Below, in pieces: positions 36,413-51,400 of a stretch of 64,000 bases of DNA. A program made the position numbers and the translations under genes. The DNA is taken from contig NC_068998.1 of assembly GCF_001194135.2 (NCBI RefSeq), positions 29,201,806-29,265,805 of the forward strand. Reading direction: 5' to 3'. How positions within the stretch are numbered: the first letter of the stretch is position 1; every line of letters starts with the position of its first letter. Source of the stretch: Octopus bimaculoides (Eukaryota). The notes under the pieces are model-generated. The model had not been told where the DNA came from. It ran no database searches and saw nothing but the letters and a program-made list of their open reading frames with translations.

Positions 36413-39400
36413 TATATCATCATTTTCATGTCATTTTTCCATTTCTGCATGGAAAAGATGTAATTCACTGAGGCAGTTTTTCTATGGTCAGATGCTCTTC
36501 CTATAAGCTGGAAACAGATAAGAGTTGTGTCACTAAACCTTATCTGTTTTCAAGCAAAATAATAGTTCCCTTAGTCATTCAAACAGGAACAGGAAAATGG
36601 TTGGATATGTTTACACAGAAGAATGCAAATGAACAACACTGCTTGTAACACGATGCAGCATGCAATGTCAAAACAAGAGGACACAAATACACACACACTT
36701 ATGATGGGCTTCTTTCAGTTTCTGTCTGCCAAATCCACTCACGAGACTTTGGTTGGCCTGGTGCTATAGGAGGTGTGTGTATCTTTGGAAATTCACACGA
36801 CTGTTGATATCCCACACTTGTCACTGAGCAAAGTAGTAGTGATTATGACTGGCCAATCTGTGCTTTTGCAGATCATTAGAATATAAAATCTTTTACTCGA
36901 AAACAAGCAAATATTGGTGGCAGGAAGAACAATTGTCTATATAATCTTGCCTCAAATCTATGTTAACCTGGAAAAATGGGCACTAAATCAACAAATATGC
37001 ATGTCTGTGTGTAAAAACAGGGAAGAATATTCAATCACAATTTACAATAAATATATTTATTGTTGTATTTCAAATGAAGTCTCACAGTATAGTTGCATTA
37101 ATTATCTCACAAAATAATATAGAAATACAAAAGAAATTAAAACTAAATTCAAACTTACAGCAAGCTGATGCATTTGTACTTTCAGTAACTCCTGCCTTGC
37201 ATCTTCACAATTTTTATCTAATCGTATCACTTGTAGAAATGCTTCTTCAGCTTTAGAATATTGCTACAATAATATAATATATCAGAATTCTAAAATGCTT
37301 GACTTATATTATTTTAGCAAACAATATATGTTAGCAAACAGAGTTTTGTTATATCTTCTATGATATTTATAAAGGTGGTACTCATGACAAAAAAAGTTGA
37401 TAAAAAGGAGCACATAGCAAGTTATAATAGATGTGTTTATGGATAACAACATATCAATATATTACAGTACACTACTATCAATTCTAATGACTATAATTAT
37501 CTATGTATCTTAATCTCTCAACTCATACTCTTTATTCTCGTTAATACTTTGTTTTACTTGTCTCTTATACTAATATTTCTCATTCGCAGACACTTGTTTG
37601 ATTTTATTTCTTGTTTAGTATTTTCCCAAAATCTGTAATTTCCAGAATTCTACAAGCTCATTTATTGTTTCAGAGAAAGACTTTGAATTCTTAACCAGAA
37701 AACAGGAGCTCTATGATGCCCACATCTATGTGAACTAACCTATACACATGCTTTCACACACAATATACTGCACACACACACACATGTATTCAATATCTAA
37801 TCTTTTTTGTTAGTTTTATTATTTCTGACATTTAGTTATTATTCTGATCCAGCAGAGTATTTATCTGCAGCTCCCTCCATGCACATCTCACATTTAAATA
37901 TAACTGCTACATTAGTTAATAACCCTCCCAAACTACTATATTTTTGATGAGTCCATCCAGCATGTATTGTATATTTCATAGAATTTACTCCAACTTTTCT
38001 GCACACTGTAGATGGCCACTTCCTAGTTTTTATTGTTTCTTTTTTCCTGTTTATATTCCCACATGCTTTACTACTTGTCATTACTTCTTTCTTCTTTATG
38101 AATATCTTTATATCTTTCACCTTATACATTCCTTATTCATCTCCTTCAATCCATCAGACTCTCTAATAGACACTGTCATCTGTCTCTCATAACCCATGAT
38201 AAACTTTTCTTTACACTTCTAGCCAGTACCTCTATCACAAAAAATAATGGGCTTAATACTAACTTGATTCATTCTAACCTTCACTCTAAACTTAATGCAG
38301 TTCTCATCCTTTGTTCTTATGGTTGTGTGTTACTTTCAAACATGAACATTATCACCATTTCTCCACTCCTAACTTTCTCAATGCACATGTTATCACTTCA
38401 CATAGAACCCTGTCAAAAGCTTTTTCCCAAGTAACAAACCCAAAAAACAATTTCTTCCTCCTGCCCCTTATAATTTTCAAACTACCTTACAATAAAATTG
38501 GCATCAGTTGTTCCAGCCTAAATCTAAACGGCATTTCATCAATTTTTAATCTCTTCCTTATTCTCTTCTCTAACACTCATTTCAATATCTTCATTCCATG
38601 CTCACAGTCTAGGGGGATTACATTTCTCTTTGTGTGTATGTCAGGTCAGGAAAAGGGTTGGCATCAAGAAAAGTATTGATTCACAAAACACTAGCTTTGC
38701 AAGAGAGAAACAGTGTTAACTGGGTGATAGCTTAAGTCTGCCACACAAGAACTGGTATAATTGGCTTCTGCACAGTTTCCATGTACCCAGTTTCATTCAC
38801 AATTTAAACAGAAATAAGGCTATAGCAAAAGACATCTGCCTAAATCACCACTCAATAGGATTAAATGAAGAACCAACACGATTGCAAATCCAACACCTTA
38901 TCTGCAAACATTCTTGCATCAATGAAGATGACCTCGTCAGAGAAATGTTATGAAACATTTAGTTAAGAATGCAACTCTTGATGTAAATACAAGCTTGCAG
39001 TTAATGCAATGAAATGCAGGATGAACAGAGTCTGTATTGAAGATCCTTTTTTGTTTCATGGTATAAGTGTGCTTTTTATATGAAGAAAGATTCAGATTTG
39101 TATCCTCATCTTTAACAACTTTCATGTGAGTGCTTGTCAAACATGGATGCATACATACACACACACACACATTTATGCACTCACCATAAAGGAGAAACAA
39201 GAAATAATACTCACTTTTTGTCCAGCCAAAGCTCGACCCTTTCTAAAGAATCCCTTTGGCCAGTTTGAAGATATTGATATGGACTTTTCAGCATCTTTTA
39301 AGGCTCTAGAAATCAAAAAAACATTAGAAAATAATAAGATAAAATAGATGAAAGGAAAAAATATCTTAGCAGTACTGTTATCATTCATTAACAGTTGTTT

Positions 39401-42400
39401 TATATAATAGTATTTGCTAACATTCCAAAATAATTATCATTATTTTATGTCCATTTTCCACTGTTTGCATGGTTGGATGAATTTCTTCAGCACAGACTCA
39501 CCATTCGTTGCAGTTCATTGATAATGCTTTTACAAGGTTCAGCCTCCGGATATCAGCCTTCACAATTTCTTTTTGTGTCTTCCTTGATCTTTCTCTTCCA
39601 CAAGTTCCTTCAATTTAGACTGCTAGGCACTTCTTTACTCAAACTAGTCATCCCTCATACAATCACACATCTTGAGATTCATTTTATAGCAAGTTTTTTT
39701 CTTAGCTCATTTGTGCTGCATTGTATATACCCACTAAAATTACACATCTAGCAATACATACCTTTACATGCCCTCTACATTCAATGTCCACTTCTTTGAA
39801 CCTACATCTGGCTGGGGGATTTATTGAATTCTATTCCTTCACTTTTCAAGTAGTCTTGTTTCTCTGGATCTATCTTTTTCTCTGATGCTACAACTCAGTT
39901 GTCTATGTTGACTGGTACATTCTCCACTGATGAATGACTTAACATTCACAACTATTTGTCCATCCTGTTTCCTGATAAGTTTGAAATCTACCTGGCTTAT
40001 GTGTTCACCTGAGAAGTCGGTAGGTTATCAGGAGGCTGATCAGTTTCTTGAAGTTATTATAGCAAATAGTTAGGTTATTTGCACCACTGACCTCCATGAT
40101 CCTTGATCCGTTTTCATTCTGTATATGATCATAACAGCCATGCACATCAAGATAGTAATGATGATGTTACCCAACATGTCAACTGGAGTCACAAGTTGTG
40201 AAAATGAGGTCACTGTTGTCTATTATCAAAGAAGCCTGCATGAGATCCTCATAACAGTAACCGTTTTGTTCATCAGTCCATCCTGATACTGGTGCAATAT
40301 AGAGATCACTGTTGCTATCATCTTCCCTGATATTAGTCTAAGCTTAATTATTTGATCATATACTATGACTACTTCAGTTGCTTTGTTACTTTACCTAAAA
40401 TGTAATTTCCAAGTATCAGGTCAGCATTAATTAAACCTTATTAATCATTAGTTTATTATGAATTAGATAAGGTAGAAGTGAATTGGCAATGTTGTTAGAG
40501 AATCAAATAGAATACCTTGTGGTACTTGTTCCAACTCTGTACATTTGGAGTTCAAATCCTGCTACGGTCAACTTTGCCTTTTGTCCTTATAGAGTCAGTA
40601 AAAAACTATTAATCAAGGCCCATAGATTAATAAGACTGTCAGAGCTTCAGACAATATGCTTACAGCATTACCTGAGACAACAGCAGTGCCAAGTTGTATC
40701 GGCTGTAAAACAGTGGCCTTTCTGTTGGACAACATTGGTGACACAGAGAGAGAAAACTTGAGTGCTTGGCAACTGCAAGTCTTCCATAAAAAAAAACCTT
40801 GCCTAGGCCTGTGCATACAGATACAGAAGCTTCTTGAGATAGAATGAAAGTATTCCAACTATGATTATCCCCACTTTTTTATGGAATCAGAACTTTTCTT
40901 TTTAAAATTTTCCATCTATAATTAGTAATGAAAATGAAAGCATTTTAATATGTAACTCTACTGTATTTTAACGGAATCAGAGGTTTTACTTTCAAATTTT
41001 CCAATTCCATCTTTTTTCACAGTCAGATATTTATTAAAACCACAGCAAGAAAGTATACCAGTCATGACCATCCTGTCTTTTTCAAAGACAGATGGGGGAA
41101 GACAGATAAAGAGTTAATCAGACATAAAATGATAGAAAAAGGTATCATTACTATAAGAAAGAAACCAAAAGTATCACAGAAAAATTGTCATAATCAGTAG
41201 AAAATGCATCTACAATGCATTGGCCCTCTCCATTCTCCTCCATGGAACAGAAACATGACCCCTCTCAAGGATCTTGTAAAGAGGATTGACAGTTTTGATA
41301 GCAAAGAACTGCATAAATGGATACATCAGCCTCCTACCTCATAGCTGTCTGTCACATGCACTGGTAAGGACACATCCTCCATCTCCCGCTAGATCATCCT
41401 TTACTTTCATTCAATGCAGCAGCTGCAGGCTGGAAGAGGCCTTGTGGCAGGCCCTACACTAGATGGCTGGATGTGATTGGGGAAGATCTCCAGAGGCTCA
41501 ACATCACCTTAGAAGATGTAGAGGGGTTGGCACAGAACCACCAATGATGGAGAGCAGTGGTGAACCTGGTCAGCTTTATGCATGATGACATCTCTGGGAT
41601 CACTAACCTGGGATGACCCCAGCTTCATCAAGCAAGAGCATGAAGCAAGCAAGCGGTAGAAAATATGGAGTTGGGAGAATGGTAAAGAAAATATTATGGA
41701 CGCTAAATTACCATCCAATATTCTACACATACTGCCAAACACAATATTCCAAAATAACAATAAACATCCCAGTTTCATTTATGACATACTAAGAACACTC
41801 TGCTCTAATGAGCAGTCAAATATAACAACACTAATTTAACAACGCTCTAAAATATAATTAGTTGAGTATTACTGTCTTAGTTGAAAAATAATTTCTTATT
41901 TGAGGACTAATTTATTAGTTGAAAACTAACTTACTGGTTAAAGACTAAAGTAGTCTTTAGACTACTTTAAGAACACTAAATTATTACATGAAGAGTCGAA
42001 GATTAAATTATAGGATGAAGATTAACTTATTGATTGAACACCAACTTAGTAGTAGAAGACTAACTTAATAGTTGAAGTATAACTCTTTGTTTGAAGACTA
42101 AGTCATTGACTTACCTATACACGATGACTAACTTATTCACTAAAGAGTAATTCATTGGTTGAAGACTAAATTACAAGTTGAAGACTAACTGGTTGACCAA
42201 CTTATTAGCTAAATTAGTGTTAATATATTTAATGCAGGAAGGCAGAAAGCTGGCAGAATTGTTAGCACGCCAGGTAAAATTCTTAGCAGCATTTCATTCG
42301 CCTTTATGAGGTCAACTTTACCTTTCATCCCTTCTGGGGTCGATAAAATAAGTACCAGTTCAGCACTGGGTCAATGTAACCAACTTAGCCCTTCCCTAAA

Positions 42401-45400
42401 ACTGCTGGCCTTGTACCAAGATTTGAAACCAATATATTTAATGCAGAAATAACAAGAAATTATTGTGATGAGGAAAAACAAAATTAGTTCATTTTTCTAT
42501 ATTTGCAATGGTTAGACAGGTCCTCTTCAACAGAACCACACTATTTGTCACAGTCACTCATTATCATTTTCCTGTGTTTTACCTCCCATGTCTTTCACTT
42601 GTGCAGGTTCCTTTCACTTGTTGAGGTAAGTGTTCCTTTACCTAACTGTTATCTTCCACATGCACCACAGCCTTCTCTCTTGCATTTGTGTCTGACACAT
42701 GTTATACCCAATTTCCTCTCATATCATTTGCACTCCACTATTCATACACACTAGTATTATATATCTGGCAGAACATGCTTGCTTCATTTCTTTCCAACCT
42801 CCACATTTGCATGCTTTGCCATCATACAACATTGCATTTCAGTCATAGGTGTCATAGAATCTACCACTTACTCAAAGAGAGATTCTTGCTGCCAACAGAG
42901 ATAATGGCTCCATTGAAGTTTTCCACCCCATTCTTACTCTGGCTATTATACTTTCAGGATATTTACAGCCTCTAAGGCTAAAAAAGTCACCTAGGTTACA
43001 GGAGCAATCAACTACACCTAAAGAGCTTTCTGAATATTTGAAAGAATTTATTTCTTGAATGCTCTAACAGCTAACTATTCTTGTACACTAGCCACATACC
43101 AAATCATTCTCCGTCAGCTTGCCAGTCATCCCTCTGTACCTCCTGAGCACCCACAGTTTACATTGGTTTCACTGTATGGAATTCCTACCAAGTTCTTTTC
43201 TGCTTATCAAATAATGGTAATTTCCCAGGTAGCAGTAAAGCCCCAACCTTTTTTCTTGATTCAAGACATTACTTTCACATTTTTGGAATTTCTTTTCTAA
43301 ATGTTTGATAGATTGAGCTATGAGAACTAGGTCATAAGTATACAGGATATCTCACAGATAACCAAAGTTAAACTCCTTTGTTATGGCCTAGAAACCTATA
43401 ATAAACAGAAGAGGGCTGATACAGGCTCTGATGCATACCTATTTCCATACTAAATTCCTTGCTGAACTCATTGAACTCTCTTCTTTCTCACACCATCGCT
43501 GTACATGTCTCCCATAAGCCATTCATGTACACCTAACTTTCTTAAAGATCACCAGACAATAGATATGGTATACTGTCAGGTCTTTTCCAGATCGACGAAT
43601 GCTGGGTATGGTGGGTTACTCTTAGCTAATATTACTTTGATTCTTTTGGCAAATATTGGAGACAACTCTGGGAATGTTCTACCCCCTTCACATACCAAAG
43701 ACTTTACTGCTTTTACCAAAATAGTGATAAGAGAACCACTAAGTAAATGTACATGAATCTACAATATGTTGAAGGAATAAATTATTCTTGGAAGCTATCC
43801 AAATGAAAACAAACTAAATATAGGAAGCATCAAAAAGCTATCAAGAAAAAATCATTTTCAAACCGTCTGCTTCCTCTTCAATTTTTGCAGTCTTTCTCTT
43901 TCCACCTCTTCTCTATTGCTTCCCTTTTTCAAGTCACTCATTCTCATGTTCTTTCACTCAACATTCTTATCATTTTTTTATATCTCTATTCTCTCCTCAT
44001 GCTTCCTCCTAATTTCTTCATTCTCTCTTTCTTTTTTTGACTTCTTTTATACTTCATCTCAATCTGCCTCTTTTCTCTTATTTTCTTTCTTATCTGCACT
44101 CTACTTCATTGTGATTAGTTCATGCTGCACTATATGGAGATAAAATATTCTCCATATATATTCTCTAATGACAAACATCAACATGAGTTATATAACTAGG
44201 ATAATTTACAAGTTTAATTTCAATATGGTTTGTCTATGGATGTTGACATTAAGTTTTACTTACTTGTCATATTGCTGTATTCTTTCATAGCAATAAGAAC
44301 GATTCCCAAAGAATCTGGAGAAAGAAAAATAAATGGATTTGAAGAAAATGAAATGATGAGAATGTCAACAGAATAACACAGAAATTGTACCTTTAATTAA
44401 TAATTTAGAACTGATATTGTAAGGAAAACTTTCTCCATAAGGGCAAGATGTGTAGTTGAAGGGTTTGCTTGGCAGTCACATTGTTCTGGTTTTGATCTCA
44501 TTGTATGAAATCTCGAGCAAGTCTTTGCAACTAAAACAATATCTTATGTGGAATTTGCAAAATAGAATCTTCACAGAAGTATGGCATTTGTGTGTGTGTG
44601 CATGCATGCATGTACACATACATGTATGTACAAGTGCATGCACAGGACTGGTTGTGTGGTAAGTAGCTTGCTTACCAACCACTTGGTTCCGGGTTCATTC
44701 CTACTGCGTGGCACCTTGGGCAAGTGTCTTCTACTATAGCCTCGGGCTGACCAAAGCCTTGTGAGTGGATTTGGCAGACGGAAACTGAAGGAAGTCTCTC
44801 ATATGTACATGTGTGTGTGTATGTGCGTGTATATGTTTGTGTCTGCGTTTGTTCCCCCAACATCGCTTGACAACTGATGCTGGTGTGTTTACGTCCCCAT
44901 AACTTAGTGGTTCGGCAAAAGAGACCAATAGAATAAGTACTAGGCATCCAAAGAATAAGTCCTGGGGTTGATTTGCTCGACTAAAGGCGGCGCTCCAGCA
45001 TGGCCACGGTCAAATGACTGAAACAAGTAAAAAGAGAGTATGTATGAAAAAACTGATAAGGCTCCATCATCCTCATTTGAAGTCTTTCGTGTTGACATGG
45101 GGTGGATGCTTTAAAAGAATCCAGTAAGCCAGAGGACCGCATCAAGCTCCATCGTTTGTTTTGGCATGGTTCCTATAGCTGAATGTAGTTTCCTAATGCA
45201 AACCATTTTATAGAATGTACTACATGCTTTTTTCATGACACTAGTGAGGTTGCCATGTAACTCACAAGACAAAGAAAAAGACACCTCAACTGAGAGGGAG
45301 GTGACTTTATGTTAGGTGTTGAGAGGCTAAAGTATGACAGAGGAACAGGCTTGGGTGTCTTGCTATAGAGGAGATACCTACCTATCTAGCATTGTATAAG

Positions 45401-48400
45401 GGTGGATATGAATAGCTGAAAAAAAGACAAGAGATGGGGTGATGAGATGTCAGAATGAAACGTGGATATAAGAGAGAATATGGACAGAAGATAGGGAAAT
45501 ATGGGTGGATAAGTTCATAAGGGTGTGAGAGAAGAGTGGCAAATGGTTAGAGATGAGGGGAGAAGCAAATGTAGTGAATGATAAACAAGGGTGGCAGTGT
45601 GGTTAATAGTAAATATCAGCATGAGGATACGAAAGAAGGTAAAAGAAATAAGAGTGGCTCAGGAAAGAAGAGATGAAAAGTAGTTGCACAGGAAGGGTGA
45701 AAAGCAGTAGTATGATAAACTGTTTACAGGTCAAAAAATAAGCTGTACAGAGATGGATATCAGAAGAATGTAGGGGTATGTGGTTCCATGGACAGTTATA
45801 GGGGGAAGTAACTGGTAGCAAAAATGGGACAAGAAATATGTGCAGATTCTACTCCTGTATAATTACAGCAGCTGAATAGTATCATAGTTAGAGGAGTAGA
45901 AGGATAGGTATGAGGAAGATGAGAGGTGAGGAAGACTTGATGGAGACAAATTAGGTGCAAAGGCAGGGACCAATAAGTAAATAGACATAAAACATAATGC
46001 TTTAGAACCTTACTTTCACAACAACAGACAGTGAGCACAGTGAAATGCTAATCATTTTGGTCCTTTGTCATTTCCTCCATGAGGATCAAAATCTTGAAGT
46101 TAGTCTTCACTACTTCATCCCGTGCTTTCATGCAATTCCCACTTCCACAATTTCTATCTGTATTTAGCAATTGGTACTTCATTATAAACCTGTTCTTACC
46201 CATATGCATTACAGAACCAGTGCAAGTCTTCTCTCTTGCATGCTGCAACTGATTCCTTTTATGCTCAATTTTTCTCTCAAAACATTTGAATTTAGTCATA
46301 CATGCACACTGATGTTGCATATTAACTTCATTCCTTTCTAGTCTTCACACATCCTCTGCATTCAGGCCCTCACATCCCACTATCATGTAGCATTACTATT
46401 CATGCACAAGCATCATACAATCTCTAAGCTAAAGACTTGCTATCAACAGAGGCAATAGCTCTTTGAACTTTCTCCATCCTATTCATATTCTGAAACAATA
46501 GTTTCAGAACATCCTACTCCATAGCTCATTCAGTCACCTAAGCAACAAAAGCTATCTACAACCTCAAGTGAACTTTTAGGGCATTTGAGAAAATCTATTT
46601 CCCATGTGAACTTAGTGATTATTGCTTCTGCACATCTGCCGCATACAACATCTACTTTTTCTGTGAGCCTTCCTCTGATTCCACTGCACCTCTTGTATGT
46701 CTATAGCTTGCATTGGGCACACTGTATGATATTTCTACCTATACTTTTCCTACAAGCAGGGTCATTTTTTTGAAGAGAGTAGAAGCTTGTCTGTTTTCTT
46801 GCTTACTAAAACTTTGGTCCTCAATAGGTTAATTTTAAGACACCTGATCCCAGATTTTGATTCCGCAACTAGAATATATTTTCAAAATCTACTACAGATT
46901 CATTTATAAGAATGAGGTTACCAGCAACTGATCAAATATTCCTGCAATGACCTGGAGAAGTATGACAGGTAAGAGAGAACTGAGAAATAAGACCTGGTGA
47001 ACTCCTACTTGCACATCAAATTTGTTGTTGAACTTGTTGCTGACTCTCACCTTACTAACAACACCTCTGCAAATCTCACAAGTCATTTGTCTACCTGTAG
47101 CTTCCTCCCTGACAACTAAATCAGAGAACAAGGGACTCTGCTGAAGCCTTTTCCACTGTTGACAAATGCTAAGTACAATGGCTTCTGCAGTTGTTTTGTT
47201 AAAAAGAGGGCCTTAGTAGCACTTCTCCCATGCAAAAAAAAACAAACTGCATCAAATATAACCTAATTATCTTCCTAATTAATTGGGCTACAGCTCTTTC
47301 CATAACTTTCATGACCTGGTCCAACTGTAATTATTTTTATCTAAGGCATCTCCTTTAGTCATGTAGTAGTTTATTGCTGCTACACTAGTCATAGGGTATA
47401 ACACTTTTCTGTACAACTTGTTTAACTACAAATTTAACAAGGCTATATCCTAATCCATCAGATATTTTAAGCATCTTAACAGTGTTAGTTGAGGAACCAG
47501 AGGCTTTCCATACTGTCATATCTTTAGTTCCTTTATTTATCATACTGCTGTTGATTAAGATAGCTGGTCCCTTAGTTGGATCCACATTGGGAAGATCCTT
47601 TTTTTCCCATGCATTCTCTACATTTAATAGCCCCTTCGCAGTAACAGTTCTATGCTTATTTCTTTTCAGAATCCCTAAGTGCAAGCATATCGTTATCCAT
47701 TCACACACTTCTCACTCATGACATTTCGATTCTCTCATGCAATTTGGAACATCTCATGCTTCTGGTCCTCATGTTGTAGGACATGACAAATCTCTTATTT
47801 TTCTACTTTTCCCTTGCTATGTACACCTGTCACCTGGCTTCTCTTTTGATATAATTCTTTGCTGCCTCCACTTTTGCAATCTTTCCAAGCCTATCTCTTT
47901 GCCTCAATCTCTGACTATCTCTCTCTTTTACCTACATGTCACCTTTGGCATAGCTGGAGCCTTGTACCAGCCACAGATTTAATCTATCTCCCATCAGCAG
48001 GTTGTCCGATAAGAATGCCCAGTTCTCTTCTATATAATATGACTCTGATTCATCCTTCTTCTCAAATATTACAAGTACTTCTATAAATCTTGGACTGTTC
48101 AAGAGATCCTCAACCTTCCATGTCTTCCTTTTCCAGGCTGGTATGTGCATGAGTCTTTTTAGCTTTAAGTCAGTAGGTTTTAACTTATGTTCAGTTGTAC
48201 ATTCTTCACCTGGGAAGTACTCTCAATCCCATTTTCTGGTGTAATCATGAAACTGATAGGTAGTTAGTTTCTTGAAGTTAGTGCTACAGATTATCAGCTC
48301 ATTTACGGCAGAATCCCAAGGGCTTTGTCCACTCTTAATTTCTAGAATGAAAGCCATAGCTTTCATGAACCCCATGGAATTTTTGTTGGGTTTCTGCCCA

Positions 48401-51400
48401 GCATGTCTGCTCAAGTCACCCACCATGAAATTAAAGTCTTCCATTTGTCAAGGTAACCTGCAAAAGGGATTAGTAAATTCAATCTTTTGTTTATCTGTGA
48501 GTCATAGTTGAGGAACATATGCAGAGACAAATGTTACTGTCATGTTTTCCAAGATTACTCTATACTCAATTATCTTATCACACACTCTGACAACCTCTTT
48601 CTGAAGAGGTTTTATATTGTCCCTTGCTCATGAAAAGTCTAGCTGAGGATCCGCTCCATCTTATTTCTTGAATGCAGCACAAATCCACACACCTCCATTC
48701 TAATAATTTCACAATCTTATTAGACCTACCTTTCATTGTGGTAGTTCTAAGATTGTTGGCTGGATGAGAAGAGCAAGTGATTAGTATCTGAAAAGAAGAT
48801 TTGTGTACATGTTTGCCTACAGGCAGAGGGTTGTTGCACATGTGCAATTAATTATACAACTGTGAAATGCATATATGTATGTGTATGTATGGGTGCATGT
48901 GGAATTATATATATAGAGAGAGATAGATTAAGAAATGGAGTTAAACGCAGGTGTTATTCAAATCATTTATACTTCCAATATATGTTTCGAAGAAAGCATT
49001 GATATTATTCCAGAGGGAATAAAAATAACCATGCATAAAGTAAAATATATGAGTGATGTGGAGTTTTGCAACCCCTCTACAATGAATAAGAACTGAATGA
49101 AATTGTGACAACCCATCTAAGCCACACGAGCATGGAAAATGGATGTAAAATGAAAATGTTGCAAAGCTGCATAACAGTGAAACATGGGCCTTGATTGCAA
49201 AGAATTTGAGAAGGCCGTAAAGAAATGAAGCTAGCATACTTCACTAGATGTGCAGCATAAGTATGCATGAATGACGAAGTACAAATGTGTTGAGAGAATG
49301 GGAAACGAGAGACATCAGATGTAGTATGCAAGAAAGAAAACTGCACTGGTCTGAACATGTAATGAGAATGGTTGTATAAAGAAATGCTAAACACTTAATA
49401 TGGATGGCACTTGTGAAAGAGGGAGACCCAGGACTTAAAATCTTCACAGATGATATGACAAAGGACTGGAATGTCTGGCAATATGTAACACTTGAGAAGA
49501 CCTGCCTATTTTGGAAAAGACAAGATTCTGGAAGCACGATGCATATGTGCACAATTGGGGCCCTCACTCTATTTCCTCTTGAAGCCATCATCATCAACCA
49601 TCATTTCTCTGTCACTAACTCCACCATCACCGACTTCACTGCAATATTCTGCTGCTGTAATTAAATATGAGCAGAACTGCATGCTTCGTCTGCTTTTCCT
49701 TAATACCACTCATCTTTCTCACTACCTGGAACCTTTTCACTTTGATATCTATCCTTCATTCTTAATATTGTCCCTTCTGACACACATTTTACATTGATCA
49801 CTCTTCTGTGTCACCAAATTATCTCTCCATCTCCACCTCAATGCACCTCTCACTCCCCCATACAATATGCTTTCCTCTCCCCTCTCACTCTTGCAACCAG
49901 GTCAGTATCAGGAAGTGGATATCTTTTCTTTATTTGGATGCTATCTAGAATGTCATATTTATCTCTTACCATTACTGAGAAATTCTCAAAGATAATAATA
50001 GTTAGAATGTGTATGTTATTAGGTTTTAGTAGTATTTTATTTATATGCAGTGAAGACGAAAAGTTGTGGTAGGTTAGCTTAGCACTTAGACACCTCTACT
50101 TGTAAATATCTGCAGCTGTCATCATTTGCATGAAACCACAATTCAAATAGCATTGTTATTTGGGATCAAAAATTGGAACTAAGCTCTCTTCTGTGAAAGA
50201 AACACATTCAGTTTCATTTTAGAAAGAAATTCCTGTCGAAAGACTTCTCGTTTGCACTATCTATGTTTCACTGGAAATTTTCTTCCTTTCATTTTCAAGC
50301 ATAATGGTGTTTGTTTCATATCCCAAGCAGTGAGTCAGAACTCAATGATATTATTTATCAATGATTTTTGGATTAGCCTTTTTCTTTTCTTTTTTTTTAT
50401 GATTTAATTAGTGAAAGAGAACTTGGACTTGGATAAAATAATTAGAGTGATATTTCTGGATGTCAAGATTTATGGATTTTGAGTAGGAGTGGAATTACTA
50501 TGTAGTCAATATTTCATTGAGGCTTTTCTTAGTGAATGGTTAGGATTTAAAAAAGATTAATTTGCAGATATATTTTAAAGGTAAATTCTCTGTATACTGC
50601 TGGGCTTGTAAGAACATAATTTTTTTTTTTTTTTTGTAATAAAACAACACTAAATTTGTTGAGCCTTACAAAACCTTTGAATGGAGAAAATAAAGGCATA
50701 TTTTGGAATTCTTTTACTAATGCGAGTTGTACATCTTCCAAGTTACAAAAACTAATTAGAACATCAATTCGATTCTGAGACAGGAAATTAATACCCAGGA
50801 ATCAATGCAGGTGATATGACAAGTAAAAATCAATATAACAGGTAAAATCTACATTCACAATGTACATCAATAATCATAATATAGTATCAGTAAATTTCAT
50901 CCAAAATCATGCAAAAATTATATTTTTATGATTTTTATACTGGACTAGCTGCATTTTAGCAAAATCTCTAGTTTTTATTTGGATCAGGAGATTTGTATAG
51001 CCTAAGCATAACAGGACATTAAGAGTTAAACACTGCTGTGTCTATGTTTTGTGCTGTGAAAATAAAGTACGTACAATTATAGGAAGTTATCAAAAACCTA
51101 TATTTAATGGGGGATATGTATGCTGTTAAGAAGTATGTGGATAAGGTCTGAGAGCAAAAGAATAGTGTCATCACTAGAAGAAATTGTGCAGTTAAAAGTG
51201 AATAAAATGATAATAGTGGGACAGATAATTAGGTGCCTAGGTGCACTGAGTTTCAAAGAGAGAGAGAGAGAGTTGAAGAGAGAACCATTAACTCACACTT
51301 CAATGGAATTATTCAACAGGAAGCCTCCAATCCAGGGTGGAGCACTAAGGTAGAAAGTTTTTCAAGAAGGTTCTTATGCCAGACATAGTCAATTACTTTG

